Shown here piece after piece: positions 25,335 through 39,582 of a stretch of DNA of 49,283 nucleotides. A model generated the notes under the pieces. It did not search any database. It saw only the letters and a list, made by a program, of their open reading frames with translations, and had not been told where the DNA came from. Made by a program: the position numbers and the translations under genes. The stretch is from Vermamoeba vermiformis. Its lineage: Eukaryota. The stretch covers positions 186,001-235,283 of the forward strand of contig JBEWZL010000151.1 in assembly GCA_045837725.1 (NCBI GenBank), read 5' to 3'. Every line of letters starts with the position of its first letter. Within the stretch, counting starts at the first letter, position 1.

Positions 25335-26871
25335 TTATTTTTCTTGAGGATAAACGCATCCGACCAGCTCGCGGGCCTTGTCCATAATGCGCATGATCTC
25401 AAGGGACTCATCCAAAGACATAACATCGCTTTCAGTATGACCAGCGCGGATTTGAGCGTTGACGTGTGCGATTTCGAAGCTCAAGCCGACCGAGTTGGTG
25501 AAGTTGTAGTGGTCATTGCCAGCGTTGGGCAAGGGGAAGTTCAACACCTTCTTCTCCTTCTTGTCTTGCTTGTACACGTTGATCTTCTCAGGGCACCAGA
25601 AAGGTTGGCAGATCTTAATTCTACGCGCAACAAGAGTCAGATCCAAGTGGCACGAGGTAACTCTTAGTGAAGTTCATGTACATACCTGCCCTTAGTACCA
25701 ACGACGAAGCACTCTTTGGCGAACTCAGCGGTCATAGCGTGAGTCAAAATGGCCAATTGACCGTGCTTGAAGCCGAGGATGATACCAACTTGATCATCGA
25801 AGCCACCGTTAGGGTTCAAATCTCCCAGGGCAGTGATACGCTCAGCCTTGCCACCTAGACAGCTATTGTTTAGCACGATGAATGTTAAGACTCGGCAGCA
25901 GGTACTTACCGAAGACCATCGATGCAAAAGCAACACCGTAGACACCAATGTCTGTTAATTAGTTACGTTAGCTTGCTAACTAAACGCGAACGATGCACAA
26001 GAACGTACCCAAGATTGCACCAGCACCCAAAGCAGGGTCAACCAATCGCTCAACAGTGCCGGGGTTGAAGAAACCAAACGAGACTTGCACGGCCTTGACA
26101 TCACCAATCTCACCACTCTTAATGATCTCTTGGACTATACCGTTGTTGTTAATGAGTGCGTTCGTTGACTAGGACATATCAGTGCTCTTACCCTTTTGGA
26201 CAGCAGGGAAGAATCGAGTCCACATGGCCTCCATCATGAACAGCTTTTGTTTGCGAGCAAACTCCACGCATTGAGTAGCTTCCTTCAAGTTGAGTGTCAA
26301 AGGCTTCTCGCACAACACGTGCTTGCCTGTAATAGGTCATTTTAGCCGCGCCGACTAAACATGCTTCAAGGAGGGAGCTTACCGTGCTTAAGGCACAGCA
26401 TGATGTTGTCAAAGTGAGAAGGATGAGGGCTGCCAATGTACACAATCTCGACGTTCTTGTCTTGCACGAGCTCTTCGTAGTTGCCGTAAGCGTGTTGAAT
26501 GCCAAATTTAGCTGCGAAGGCACGAGCAGAATCCACGGTGCGACTAGCAACAGCAACAACTTGGGAATCTAATAAATAGCGCAATTAAATTGGATACATT
26601 TGCAAGTGCTGAAAATGATTAAAGGTGATTATTTTTTGGATCAAAAATATAAGAAAATTGCTGGTACTTACGAGGAACGTGTTTCATCGCAGTCGCCTAC
26701 AGAAAAATAACGTATGTTATATTAACGATTTTTGAAAATATTATGAGCGTGTTTTAAGAGGCACGCTGGAACAACGATCTCATGGTACGAAAGTACTTCA
26801 GTACTTACGAAATCAGCAGCAATTCTACCGGTGCTGAGAATGCCCCAACGAACAACGCGAGTTTCAGACAT
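25335..26871 (-). CDS. Gfo/Idh/MocA oxidoreductase (dihydrodiol/D-xylose dehydrogenase-like)
   Basis: [12 protein letters not shown] Rossmann motif, [42 protein letters not shown] and GAGAILDIGVY. Confidence 0.92.
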
Positions 26872-27454
26872 GATGGTTAGTGAGGTTTGTGTTGTCTTCA
26901 CGAGTGGTCTAAAACGATAGAGCACATCTGTTTTTGCTGTGGGAGAAGGTTCTGGACGCTTCTATATCACGCTGTTACTACCCCGAGGGACAACATAATT
27001 TGCAAAAATTTTAGAGAAATCGCGAAGAACGTGGTGTGAGTTTTGAGGATCAGGTTGTGAGTTGCTTTTACAACGTTGATTTGTGCATTATCCTTTCGAT
27101 TTCGTAGGAATCGAGGACATCTCGTTATTTAAGCCCTATAATAATTTAAATTCATTGGCGACTTATTAGCTTATTCGAGAATATAAATCCGCTGGACTGT
27201 CTGCCGACTCAGATCGCGGTGTTGCCCTCGGTAGAGACAAGCGATATGAACTAGGCCAATATTGTTAAGCGCTAAATAAGTCCCGGATATTTTGTGGGAA
27301 ATTTCAGTTCGGCAGTCGCGTGTCCTAATTTGATTGGCCTGATTTTTCTCCGTTTTAGGCCATAACCTCCATTATCAAACAGATACCTTGCTTATTGAAT
27401 ATTTTATTTAACACCCTCGAGCACAGCACACAGTATATTTATTAATTGCCTAAC

Positions 27455-28884
27455 ATGCGCACAAAGTTGTACGTGTCGATGATCACGTTATACGTGCAGA
27501 TTATAAAGTTTGGCTTCTTATTCTATTGCTGGCTTGAAATCGTCACCCGAATTAAGAACAAATTAGCTGTATTTTTATGGGCAGTCGGAATTGGTACAGC
27601 CTTACTGTGTCCTCTTATTGGAGTATTCAAGTTCGTAGATCTGCCATTTATCTCTCACAGCAAAGTAAGTGGACAAAAGGGATTATTATAATAAAATGTT
27701 ACTTTAATTTTTCATATTTATGGAAATCAAATAATTTTCGCATCCCCTGAATCTGACGCTTTTTGACATTTTGTTTTGGGCTCGAGCCCGCCCAATAATA
27801 CGTTAATTAACTATTTCATTTGAAAATTACCTTTATTAATCGGGCTCTAAGCTCTAAATTCTAATTCCTTTTATTTGCTGGCTAGCGGTTCCTCTTTCCG
27901 AGCTTCCAACTAACAAATAATTTGTATTAAGGTAGAGCAAACTCAAGAATTTATGGCATTCACCGCTGGTACAGTTGGAGGTTTAATGGTTGGATTTGGT
28001 ATTATTCAGGTAGGAACAATTCCTTCCCTGACGGCACTTCGCGAAGGAAACAATCAAAAAAATTCTTAATTTGCTTAAACGATTAATTTTTGATTGGTTG
28101 CGCTCCAATACGAATTACACTGCAGCAAAGTCAATCGTTATTGTGCACAACGTGTCCGTTCCTCCTCGGGCATTACCTTGAGGAACTTGGAATGCACGTG
28201 TTTATTCTGCATTTAATTCGCCGAGGTTTTGTGAGCTTGACTAAAATGGCATTTTTTTATTATCCGATCTCGATCTGGTTGCCTATCTGAATTATGAAAT
28301 CGTCGTTTATTAAATCAAATTATCTAAGCAAGAAATTAATATTGTATTCTTTACAGAGCGTATTGTTCACTAAACAACGATCGCCTTGGTGGTGGCCTGC
28401 AACAATCGTGGTTGGTACCGTTTTTCACAGCGTCACTTACTATTATGCGCTCATGACTGGAGATTCATTGTAAGCTACATATATTATGCGCGTAATAACT
28501 ACTCGAGGCTGACTAATGATGAACTAGCTATGTTGACGTGGTTTCAATGGCCGCGCTCGTTGCCTCCTTCGCTGCATGCCTCTACGCCGTCGATAAATCT
28601 CCTCGCCCTGCTGCGTGGAGTGTCGTTGGTTTGACAGGCGTTGCCTTGGCTATTCTCGTGCGCGAGCGATTCCCCAACACTGCTTACTTTTTACAAAGCA
28701 CGGATGCGTACGAATTGACCGTAGTAATTAGTATGTACATACTATGATTCATATATTATGGACGGTAATATTAACGTTGTCTCCTTAAGGTTACATTGCA
28801 CTGTATAAGTCTGCGATGTTCGCTGAAATTGATAAGGATGAAAATCCGTATGAAAATGTAGAAGAGCATCATCGACTGAACTAA
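27455..28884 (+). CDS. Multi-pass membrane protein, unknown function
   Basis: Several hydrophobic exons bounded by GT-AG, ending in a hydrophilic tail DKDENPYENVEEHHRLN*. Exon structure only partly resolved. Confidence 0.6.
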
Positions 28885-29028
28885 TTCAATAATTTTCTCT
28901 TCTTCTGTTGTATAAAATGGTTTGTAAATATTTCAAATGAATAATAGCTCGTAATTTTTAATCGATCAATTCTTTAAAATCATCTTTATTCATTTTTGAA
29001 ATAGCAAGAATATCTTGTATACTACAAA

Positions 29029-30712
29029 TTAAGCGTAAATGACAAGCAAAAGCAATGAAATCAACATGGCAAAGGAGGTGACACTGGTGCTAGCCATGGC
29101 TGAAAAAACACGTTAGTTTCATCATTGGTACGTTTGATATGATTGTTATTAGTGCACTTACAGTTCTGTTGTTGAGCGAAGCCGTTTTTGCAGTTGGAGG
29201 TGTCGGGAATGGAGTAAGCATTGGCGTTGAAAGTGTAGCCAGTAGCTTCCAACACAGCAATCTCGGCGGCACTCCAGCCACGAATGATCATGCACGGGGA
29301 CACAGCAGGGTCCATCAGTGCGTAGATCTTCTCAGGATCCCAGTGAGACAAGCTGCTGCCTGATCTGTAAAAGTTGTGGTCAGTGCATTGCGCGCACACT
29401 AATCACGTGTTGAAGTGGTACGTACTGGAAGGGGCTCGGAGCATAGATAGCATACTTCTGGCCATTGACGCTCAAGTACAAGCCACTAGCCTTGCTGCAT
29501 AGCTGTTAGTATGAGCGTTCGTACGTAGAGCTCGTGAAACTTACCCAGTGAGGGCATTAGTAGCAGCGACGTACTGGCCATTGCTATCGTACAAGGCTTG
29601 GTTAGAGCCAGTGACCTGCAATACACTGGTCAATAGTGCACATAAACAAGGTCATATCGCAGTAACGTACCATCAGCTGGTCAAATTTCGTGCGCACATT
29701 GGGACCAATAGCACTGGAACCATCGGCATCTATAACACAGGTTAGCGGACATGATTAATTCATATTCAGTTTGTGTGTACCAGTCAAAGAGATGAAGCCA
29801 AGCATGTGCGTCAATTCGTGAAGGGATACGGTGATGAAATCAAAGTCGTAGATCGTACCGGTAGGGATCGAAGTGTTGTACCACCTGTGTTAAATCCATC
29901 GTTACAAACGGTATAATGTGATAGGTGGGGCTATGTGCACTTACCAATCAATGTTTTTGAAGGTGTATGAAATGAATCCGTGACCGGTGCTTTGTGGAAC
30001 GGTGTCCTCGCCATTCACTACTTTTGCTTGGAACGCGCCCAAGACAAAGCCTAACAATGATAATTAGAATTTCATTAAATGGGTTGCCTATGATTTACTT
30101 ACCTGGGGTAGAACCAGAGAAATAGGTTCCAGCTTGAGCGGCAACACCTTTAATAAATTTTTAAAAATTAAGTAAATAATAAATTAGTACTCCCCAATAG
30201 CAATAATATATAATGTAATGACGATCGCTTAAAACGTAATTTACCTGAGCTCAGTTGATTCGATCTTTTGACAACAATGTTCACGGTTTGTGTGTAAGCC
30301 GATAACGCATTGCCTAAAATAGTAAGCACTCCTTCGAGGGCGGCGGTAGCCTACATTAAGCAATTAATTCGCAATTTAAACGTAAAAGCAGCAGAAATCT
30401 CGCCTGCATCTGAAAATTAAAAAGCGAATTCGAACAGAGACTTACGATGGGTCCTTCAACGGGATCATCAAATCCTACGCCAGTGCTTTGTTCTTTGTCT
30501 TGATAGACCAAATTCCAAGTCAAAGAGTTCGTTTTTAAAACGGATTGAGCGCTTCTCTTCACTCTTCCGGCGTTTTCACCGAAGTAGTTCAATTCCGGGG
30601 CAGATAAATCGACTTTTTTGGCACCTCGTGTGGTTACCTCCCAGATCTCATTGTCGGCAGCAAGGTTGGCGATCACGAAAAGTGAAAGCAACAGAAAAAC
30701 AATTACGCGCAT
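29029..30712 (-). CDS. Secreted/GPI-anchored zinc metalloprotease-like protein
   Basis: Signal peptide MRVIVFLLLSLFVIANLAA, YDFDFITVSLHELTHMLGF (HExxH), YAPSPFQSGSSLSHWD, ALM Met-turn-like motif and hydrophobic C-terminus FAMLISLLLLVIYA*. Confidence 0.78.
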
Positions 30713-30992
30713 CTCTAAAATAATGAACATAAGCCCCCTATTACATGATTATTGAATTTCTATTTCTTTACCTATTGTGTTCTTGCTAGCAATCAAAATG
30801 TTGAAAATTTTTAAAATCGGCAGCGCACAATTTATGGCGGAGTTTTAATTCACCGAATATGTCACGCGCTGCTTAATACGCTGCGAATTCCCATACTTTA
30901 CGCTTCTAGTTGTCATGACTAAAAGCTGCCTTCGCCAAACAATGCGGAATTATAATGTGGGTATTTATTACACTGTACAATTTATTCGGTGA

Positions 30993-32383
30993 CTAATCAC
31001 TATTGGTGCTAGTTTGAATAGGCAATTCAAATCGTGCCGATGATTTTTTCTGCTCTTTCATTTTCAGATGCGAAAAATAGTAAAGTCCGCCCACCACGAC
31101 TAACGCCGACACAGCCTTCATCATGTTATAGCACTGTTCGTGATGCAACTTGCAGAAAAGCACTGCTGAAATCAAAAACACGGAGACAGCGCGCAAAGAT
31201 TGCAGAACACCCGTCGAGACTGCGCCGACAAGTGACACGAGTTTGTAGTACGAGTATGAATGGAAAAATGCCGCGCAAGTCTTGCCGATGTAGACGAAGG
31301 TAATAAACGTCCAATTGCCGTGACTCTTTGTGACGTTATCTACGACGAGTGTTTGCCAGTTGGGCAGCGTGTGAAGCACGACGTAGATTGAAATGAGTCC
31401 GAGCGAGTACAATCCCGCGTAGCCTTGCACGACTTGTCCAGGTGGAGCAGTCGGTGCGGTGACAATAGACTCGATTAACACGTAATTGAGCGCAAACACC
31501 GTGCAGCTCATCAACGTCGATAAAATTCCAATGAGTTGCGAAGCTAAATGCCAGTGTAAGTTGAAACAGTAGGATTAAATTGTTAAATAATTACGTACCT
31601 GACTCTTCGGCAGTTGTTTTCGAGTCATGTGCACCAAGGGCACTTAAGCCCAGGCCTGCGCAAATAACACAGATCGCGATCCATTGGTGAAAATTGAGCG
31701 CTTTCTTCAAAAATATCTTTGAGAAGATTGCTGTCATAATGACCACAAAGGAGTAGACAACCTGGTAGAGCTAAGATCGAGTTAAAGTTTGAAAATAATT
31801 TTTGAAATTTAAATCAACTTGAGATCTGCGTTATTTTGAAAAGGATACGCCACTGCCAGCATAGATAATGCCGATCAAAGCAAATGCATTGCCGAGACAT
31901 TCGAATACGCCAACAAGCAATAGCCTCTGGTGAGGAATTACAATCTTTCCTTCTTTGGCGGCAACTTGAGCGGCTGCTTCGGGCGTCAGAGGTATAAAAA
32001 ACGCTAAAGAAGTGCCCACAAAATTTGCAATGAGCGGCAGCATCGTTGATTTTTCTGTAGGGCCAGTATTAGTTGCGATCAACGTCATCGGTTTCGATCA
32101 AATATTTGAAATTGTGAATACAAATTATGATTTGTCGTTTTCATACAAGATCCAAAGATCTGCATGAAATAATATTACGGATATTATTTTCAATTTTTTT
32201 GATAGATGCAGAAAACGTTGTTTAGAAAATTGGCGCCAGTTCAAATAGTTGCGAATAATTACCTGCAGCTCCTTGATAAAATGCATATTGGCTTCCTATT
32301 GTTTGAATAACACCAGTAGCGACAAATACGAACTGGTAAAGTAAAACTTGATCTAACTTCGGCAAATATCCACTAAGATTCAT
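30993..32383 (-). CDS. DMT-superfamily / nucleotide-sugar transporter-like membrane protein
   Basis: About 10 TM segments. YAGSGLYQVVYSFVVIMTAIFSKIFLKKALNFHQW and VGAVSTGVLQSLRAV resemble SLC35/DMT carriers. Confidence 0.8.
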
Positions 32384-32552
32384 TCTGTCTGTTGTTTCAT
32401 TTGTCTATAATACAAGCGTAATAGATGTTTCGGTTGAAATTCTTTTTTTGGCGCAATCCAAAAAGCTGCCTCCCAGTGTCACGAGGAGGCAATGAGTTCA
32501 ACGGAAAATTTGAGACATTCAGGTATTTTTTCACTTTAAAACTAAGCACAAC

Positions 32553-34716
32553 ATGTTTTCGAGAATTTTGACGAGAACTTTGCGAAGTGCTGCGTCACAC
32601 GTGCGATCTGGATCGCGGATTGCGTCAAGACAAGCAAACAGAGCTTTACACAGAGCCAAGAATACTCCAACATTGCGCTCTTCAATAACCAAAAAAGCAC
32701 TATTCACCGGATTGTTTGGTGTCTCCGCTGTAAGTGATCAATCAAAAAAATAATTACACAAATAATTCCAAAAATATTCTAAATTCACGCGTAAATCATA
32801 GTTCTATGTCGCCAGCACGGCCTTTGCCGAGGATAAAGAAATTAAAAATGACGAACTCGTTGGAACGGATGAGGGAAATGATGACGTGCCTGACCTCACT
32901 GATGTTCCTGACAACTCACGCAACGAAGAAGAAGCCAGTGGAATTTTGCGTTACAAATATTTAATTGTCGGTGGCGGTACTGCCGCATACGCTGCCATCA
33001 AAGCGATCCGGGAGGCAGATCCTGACGCCGAGGTAAGTCACTTAAACGGAGAATTTATTGTCCGTTGTCTTAACGCAAGTTAATTTAGATTCTTCTCGTG
33101 ACCTCCGATGAGCACCCTCCTTATCAACGCCCGCCTCTTTCAAAGGAACTTTGGTGGACCGAAGATCCGAATGTCGCTCAGAACCTGAAATTCACCGATT
33201 GGATGGGCAATGCCAGCCAGTACGTACAATCATTGCATGTGCCCGTATTCGTGAATTAACGAGGTATTTAGCGTTGAGTACAAGCATGAGGCGGACTACG
33301 CATCGGAAGGCAAGGTTCGTTTGTTGTTGGGTCAAAACGTGAAGGACATGGATGCCTTCCGCAAGGCCGCACTCCTCGAAGACGGTCGTATTGTGTTCTA
33401 TGAAAAGGCACTCTTGGCTACTGGCGGTGAACCTCGTGCTTTGCCTGGTGCTCCGAAACACCCGCACATCACTACTTTCCGCACCGTAAGTTCGATTGGT
33501 TAACGCACCATACCTAATTTATTAACGTGGATAATAGGTGCGTGACTTCCAAGATCTCGACGCTATCACGCGTGACCCTTCAATTAAGCACATCACTGTC
33601 GTCGGTGGTGGCTTCTTGGGCACTGAAATTACCGCTGCACTCAACACTCGTGCCAAGAAGGGCGGCTTCAAGGTCGCTCAATTGTTCCCTGAACCAGGCA
33701 TTATGTCGTTGAACGTGCCTGCTTATTTGAGTGACTACGCTACTCGCAAGTTGCGCGAGGACGGTGTTGAAGTGCACACTAAAGTGTTCATCAAGAACTT
33801 CGAAGTCAACGATCAGAAAGCTTTGTCCAGCGATCAGGCTGGTAGTAGCAGCGAAGAGTCGAGTGAACACACTCCAAAGTTCACTTTGACCTTGTCCAAC
33901 GACGATACAATCAAGACCGATCACGTTGGTAAGTATTCGGAATGGCTTTAGTATTGGTATCATTCTAACAGTGCCGTTTAGTGGTTGCTATTGGTATTAA
34001 GCCCAACACTCAACTGGCTGAGTCTGCTGGCCTCGAAGTCGACAAAAACAACGGTGGTATTGTTGTCAATCAAGAATTGGCTGCCAGATCTGATCTCTAT
34101 ATTGTAAGTATTCGCACGTTCTTGCACAAGCAAATGCTCACTCATTGTTTAAGGCCGGTGATGTTGTCTCATACTACGATCCTATTTTGGGTCGACGTCG
34201 CGTGGAGCATTACGATCACGCCGACAATAGCGGTCGTCACGCAGCTTTGAATATGACCGGTGCTCGCAAGGCCTACAACTACATGCCCATGTTCTGGGGT
34301 GCGATGAATGGTACGCCTTACGAGGCCGTTGGTTTGATCGACTCGCGCCTTGATACTGTTGGAGTTTGGCAGAAGGGTATGCACCGTGTCAGAGCTGTGA
34401 AGTACAACGATGTGCTAATACGTGTGTAGGTGAGGACGAGGACAGCGCTGCACATGAAGAGCAAGGCGAGTACAAGAAGGGTGTCGTGTACTACCTCAAG
34501 GAGAAGAAGATTGTGGGAGTTTTGTTGTGGAACTTGTTCAACCGCGTAGACGACGCTCGTCGTGCTATTAGAATCGGTCGAGAGTTTGACGACATGGAGA
34601 AGTTGCAGCGCGTAATTACTTTGGACGACAAGGCGAAGGAGGAAGAAGACCGTCGCATGCAAGAATTGAACGATAGAGACACGCAACAAGATAAGAAGAT
34701 TAAAAAGGAAGAATAA
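32553..34716 (+). CDS. AIF: Apoptosis-inducing factor (mitochondrial FAD/NADH oxidoreductase)
   Basis: Mitochondrial presequence, YLIVGGGTAA, PYQRPPLSKELW, LLATGG, VVGGGFLGTE, GRRRVEHYDHA and YKKGVVYYL..KIVGVLLWN. Confidence 0.9.
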
Positions 34717-34994
34717 ACACCTTTATTTCGAAATTTAGTTGAGAAAACTCGAACCGAGGCACTTTGCTTTTTTTTTTTTTGAATTAAATCGCTGATTTTT
34801 CCGGCTTTAGAGACGAACAAGAGTTTTGCATTGTGGCTTGCACGGATGCAATCTGTTAACGCTTGCCGCGATTTTAGAAGCAAAATAAAACGCAGGAAGC
34901 CTTGGAAACGAAGTCCTTACGACGTCGGCTAATACAAATGAATTGACTCATATTAACGTTTAATTTATATAGAATAGCCGGCTATTAGTAAATT

Positions 34995-37900
34995 TCATTC
35001 GTCCGAGAATTCATCGTCTGAGCCTTCAGCGTCATAAAACACACTTTGACTTAAATTATAAACATTTTCCCACTTCTTCGCTCGCTTGTCCAGATCCGCT
35101 ATGCCGGTCGTAAAACTTTTGCCTCGAATGATTTTCTTGATAGTAGCTGTTTCGAAGTAGATAGCGTTGTATAGATTAATGAATCTAATATTGCTTAACA
35201 TTCCTTCGCTCTTGTAGGCTTTGAACAGCACCAAGACTCGCTCCATTCGATCTATCTTCTGGGGCATAACTTTTGTTCGATCAACGCGCTTCAAATAGTC
35301 TGCAAATTTGTCGCCAAGCTCTGTATACATATAAATATGAGCGATTATTTGCCTTACCAAATCAAATACAACTTACCATCAAATGCAAAGCGCTTGAGCT
35401 TATTTTGTATGGCTACGGAATACGAATCCGAGCGCATACACTATATTATTGTTAGCAAGGACTATTATAATATTTAAACACTTACGAAAAGGAGATGCAA
35501 GCCAAAGTGGAATCCCAAAAGTGCAAGGCAATGTAACCGATAGACGTACTGCGGATCCAACGGATCCTGCAAGTACCAGAGAATATTAGTTCAGCTTTAT
35601 ATAATCATCACCATATTGGCCTTACGTTATCAGGATGGTCTACGTAGAGCAAACCCGATTCTGCGCAATTGACAGCAGCTTCGTACACACCGTACGGACT
35701 CTTAAGAAGCAACAACTTCAAAGTATCAAACGCCTGACAATTATAATGGTTAATTATTATTATATGATAAAGGACAATGCAATAATAGGACTTACCAAGC
35801 CCATGCGAAAATGTCTATCTCGAGGTAGCGCATCCAGTTGGATGGAGTAAGACAAAAACGCTATTATCGGCTTGTTGTTATCGGACTTCAGTTTGAAGTA
35901 CTCTGATGCTAACTACAAAACATAACAAAGTTTAGAACGAGATCGGAGAAATTCTAGGAATTTTTTCATTACTTTCGTTCCGTGGCTGTACGCTAGTCGG
36001 CGCAGTTGCCATGAGACGTCCGTTCTATTCAGTTGTGTGGCAATAATACTAGCTATAGTATTGATGTAGAAGCACTGCGTATTCTCGTCGAATTTGTCCT
36101 TCAACCGTTCGTACAATTCGACGACTATCATTATAAGGTCTTCATCTGAATCGTTGCACTTAGCGAATGCAAGGATAATATGAAAAGCCTTAACAAGCAA
36201 CGACATGTTTGTTATTTCGTCGAGCATGTTCAGTAAATTGTGCTGAGTTATTCGGTACGGTAATCGCTTCATTACCTAAAAAGGAAAATTTGTTAAATTT
36301 ATCGGTAAAATCGACTTTTAATACTTACTTTTGCCATATCATTATTTTTCAAAGTATTGTAGAAGTCCTCCCATGCAACAGTATTAAACTCCGGCAAATA
36401 TTTTTTGGTCGTTTTTTTGGTGTTCTTTTCTTGCAGTTGTCCCTCTAAATATGCTTTTGAATAAATGTAATTGACCAATGCTTCTTCGGGCGGTGCGTTT
36501 TTGCCTTTTTTCTCTTTTTCCATCTTCACAATGGACATGGCAATTTCAAATTGTGCAGGCGTCTCAGGGATGGCCGTTCGCGGAGTAATTCCGTTGTATG
36601 TCTGTCGGCAAGAATAATATTGCTTGCCAAATGCGATGAAGTCCGCTGGGAATATTCCCAAGACTTTGTCAATGTGAGCCTCGAACTTCTTTTTGTCTTT
36701 GGGTCCAATGATAGTGGCAATGCTATCTGCAAATAACGCGTGGAATTCTCTTTCCGTCTTTGATGGCAAATCATCTTCGTCCTTTGACGCACGAAACTTC
36801 ATAATTTCACGAACAAATTCAACTTCGTCTTTGTCGAACTGCTTTACCCCGCAGTATGGACCTAATAAATAACATCCACATTTAGTCCCAGTTACAGGAG
36901 GAAATGAACTTGTTACCTAATAAGGAATATTGGATCCAACGTTGTGGCGACGAATTCATCTCAAGAATTTCCTTGTCGCCTTTTCTGCTGATTATAATTG
37001 TCGCATCTATATCAGCCTTGCCTGCTTCTAATATTGCCTTTCTATATTTAGGCAGGTACTAGAATCCGTTAATAAAAGAACTTGCGGTAAGAAAATGTTT
37101 CGTGTAACTTACTGGAGCCATTCTTTCTCTGAAAATTTCACCTAGCTTGTAGAACTTGTCGAATAGGAAATAATTTGATGTCAAAAGCACGTCGGTATTG
37201 AAAAATTCTGCCGGCTTCGACAAGTTTGCAATAATTTTGTCGTTCAAATCCGCGAGTTGCTTGTCCGTGATAACTTTGCCATTATTTTTCAGCAACTTTG
37301 TAAGTGCCACAATTATACACATCCTGAACGAGCCAAATGTTAGTTGGTAATGTTACCAAATAAGGAAAACGATGTCACGTACGAATTGTTAGCGAATCGA
37401 TCCAATCCTTGCAACATAGCCTCAAACACCGTCAAAATCAAATTCTTGGGGAATTTGGCAGCAGTCTTTGCGCTCATATTCCGATACAATAACGTGTATG
37501 CTGCAAATGCTACTTTGTCGTTTTGATGCTTAGTCACTTCGCAAGCAAATCTATGAACGGCATAATTATAAGAGACTAGTGTAGGATAATGATTCAGTTT
37601 GATACTTACGGGAACAGTCCAAGGCACTTTTTGAGCGAACGACTTTTTTCAATCTCTGACAGCGTCAGCAAAGTTATCTTCTCGGAATCGCTTTCAATTT
37701 CAGTGAATTTTTGAGTGATGAAATCAACGAGCACTTGAATAAAATCTGAAGAATGTTAAATAGGGCACATAATATTAAAAAATAATGGTATTATTACCTT
37801 CGGTCATTTTACCAAAATAGGTGCCAAATTGAGGAATGACGTCCTCGAGTACGATTCCAAATGTTTCGAACTTGTTGAACGGATCCAAAAACACCGTCAT

Positions 37901-39582
37901 CGACTTCTTTTTCTTCGAGTATTCTCTTCTCAACTTATGCTCTCGATCATAAGACTCTTCACGGCCAATAAACGATTCGATAATAACTCGTTCATCTGCT
38001 TCTTCGTCTTCAAACTTCTTGATGTACTCGCGCAACACGTTGTTGAACGCCTCGCTGGTAGCCAAAATCGTGTCACAATCAGATAAATCCACTAATTTTT
38101 GCATAATATTCCTCAGCAATGTCTTTTGGGCCTCAGTACTAATTGTAAACGAGAATTTGTTGCAGGCGGCAAAAAGCAACGGGGCCATTAAACGAGGCTT
38201 GTCTTCGACCATAAGACATAGATCATATAAATGTTTGCTCATTCTACTAAATGTTAGTTTCAAATTAGCTGTGGCTCGTAACCGAGAAAACTTACGAAAC
38301 TGGATCAGTGAATTTTGGAGCGCATCTGAATATCGATTGAGTTGCCACAATCAGCTCTGGATAGAACTTGGCCTCTAATAACATTGGAAATACTTCCATA
38401 GAGAAGTAGCATAGTAGTCTGGGAAATTGTTTGGGTAGATCCAACTGAGCTTTTTCTCGTTTTGGAACTCGCATGAAAAACTTGCGAATTGATGTCGTGT
38501 ACAAGTCCTCAGTCTATAAGCATTTAAGCATAAGTATATACGTAACAATGCGATGGAAAAACTGGATGTGGATCCAATCGTTGTCTCTAAATTAGCGTTT
38601 GCTTTGCATAGTCATTCGCGTTAAGTACTTACATAACGATGTGCAGGTGATGTATATAATGCATCTTCATCCCTATTGAGCACATCGTCAGGATTAAAGC
38701 TCTCGCTTGAAGGCTCGTCATCGTCCAATTTCAAAGCCTTGCGATACTCCGGATCATCTAAATAGTCTCCGTATTCTACGTCATCATCGCTGGACACTGA
38801 CCACGACATTTCGTCGATTCCCTCCCAATCTATGGGCTTAAGCTCGGAGAGGCCTTCCGAAATACGAATAACTCGCTGGCCCGGATCCTCGTTGATATTG
38901 AACATGATTGGATCGTGATATTCCTCGCGCATAAGGTAGTAGTGTCTATCGAGAGCGAATTTGACTTCCTCCCAGAAGAATCTAACGTGAATCTGGTTAG
39001 GACTGATGAAAATAACTGGTTTACGAACCTAATCTTGAAATATTTACGCCAATCTACCGTCGTAGTATTGCCAACTATAAAAATTGTTAATCAATCACTA
39101 TTGTGCTGGGCACGTACTTTTGAAAGTCGGTATCAGGTACTTTTCAAGATCGACTTGGATTGAGCCACCACTATTAAAGTCGTAGCTATTAGGCACTATA
39201 TCCTTTCCCCACTTGTTAATTGCGTGAAATCGCCAATATTCTTGTCGTGTTGTTAATTGGCGCCATCTGCTACAAACGAGGCTCAAAGTCTCTGTACAAT
39301 CGTTAATAAATTAATAAATCAATTAAAATTTTATAATTATTGTAGAATGGTTAACCCTTGCTAATTAATTGCTAAGCGTAATTACGTCAGATTCATCCAT
39401 TTTTTTAGTTTACCTATTTTAGCCAATTTGAAGTTGACAAATATATTTAGTACTAATTCGTCCAACAACATATCAAATGGACAATCATTTTGGTTTGAAG
39501 CGAGGATCTCTGGACCAGATTCAACACGTTTGGCTTGACCTTGCTTCTTTCCGCGCTTGGTCGCTTTCTTCTGGCGAGACAT
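34995..39582 (-). CDS. Large F-box protein with helical (ARM/HEAT-like?) C-terminal region
   Basis: F-box PFDMLLDELVLNIF...LSLVCSRWRQLTTRQEYW split by an intron, followed by a run of minus-strand exons with GT-AG junctions to the stop at 34995. Assignment to one gene is inferred. Confidence 0.65.

Noticed and set aside
33580-34883. Long antisense ORFs over AIF (also seen over the GH43, dehydrogenase and ABC-F genes)
   Set aside because: Typical antisense open frames of codon-biased genes, with no independent motifs.
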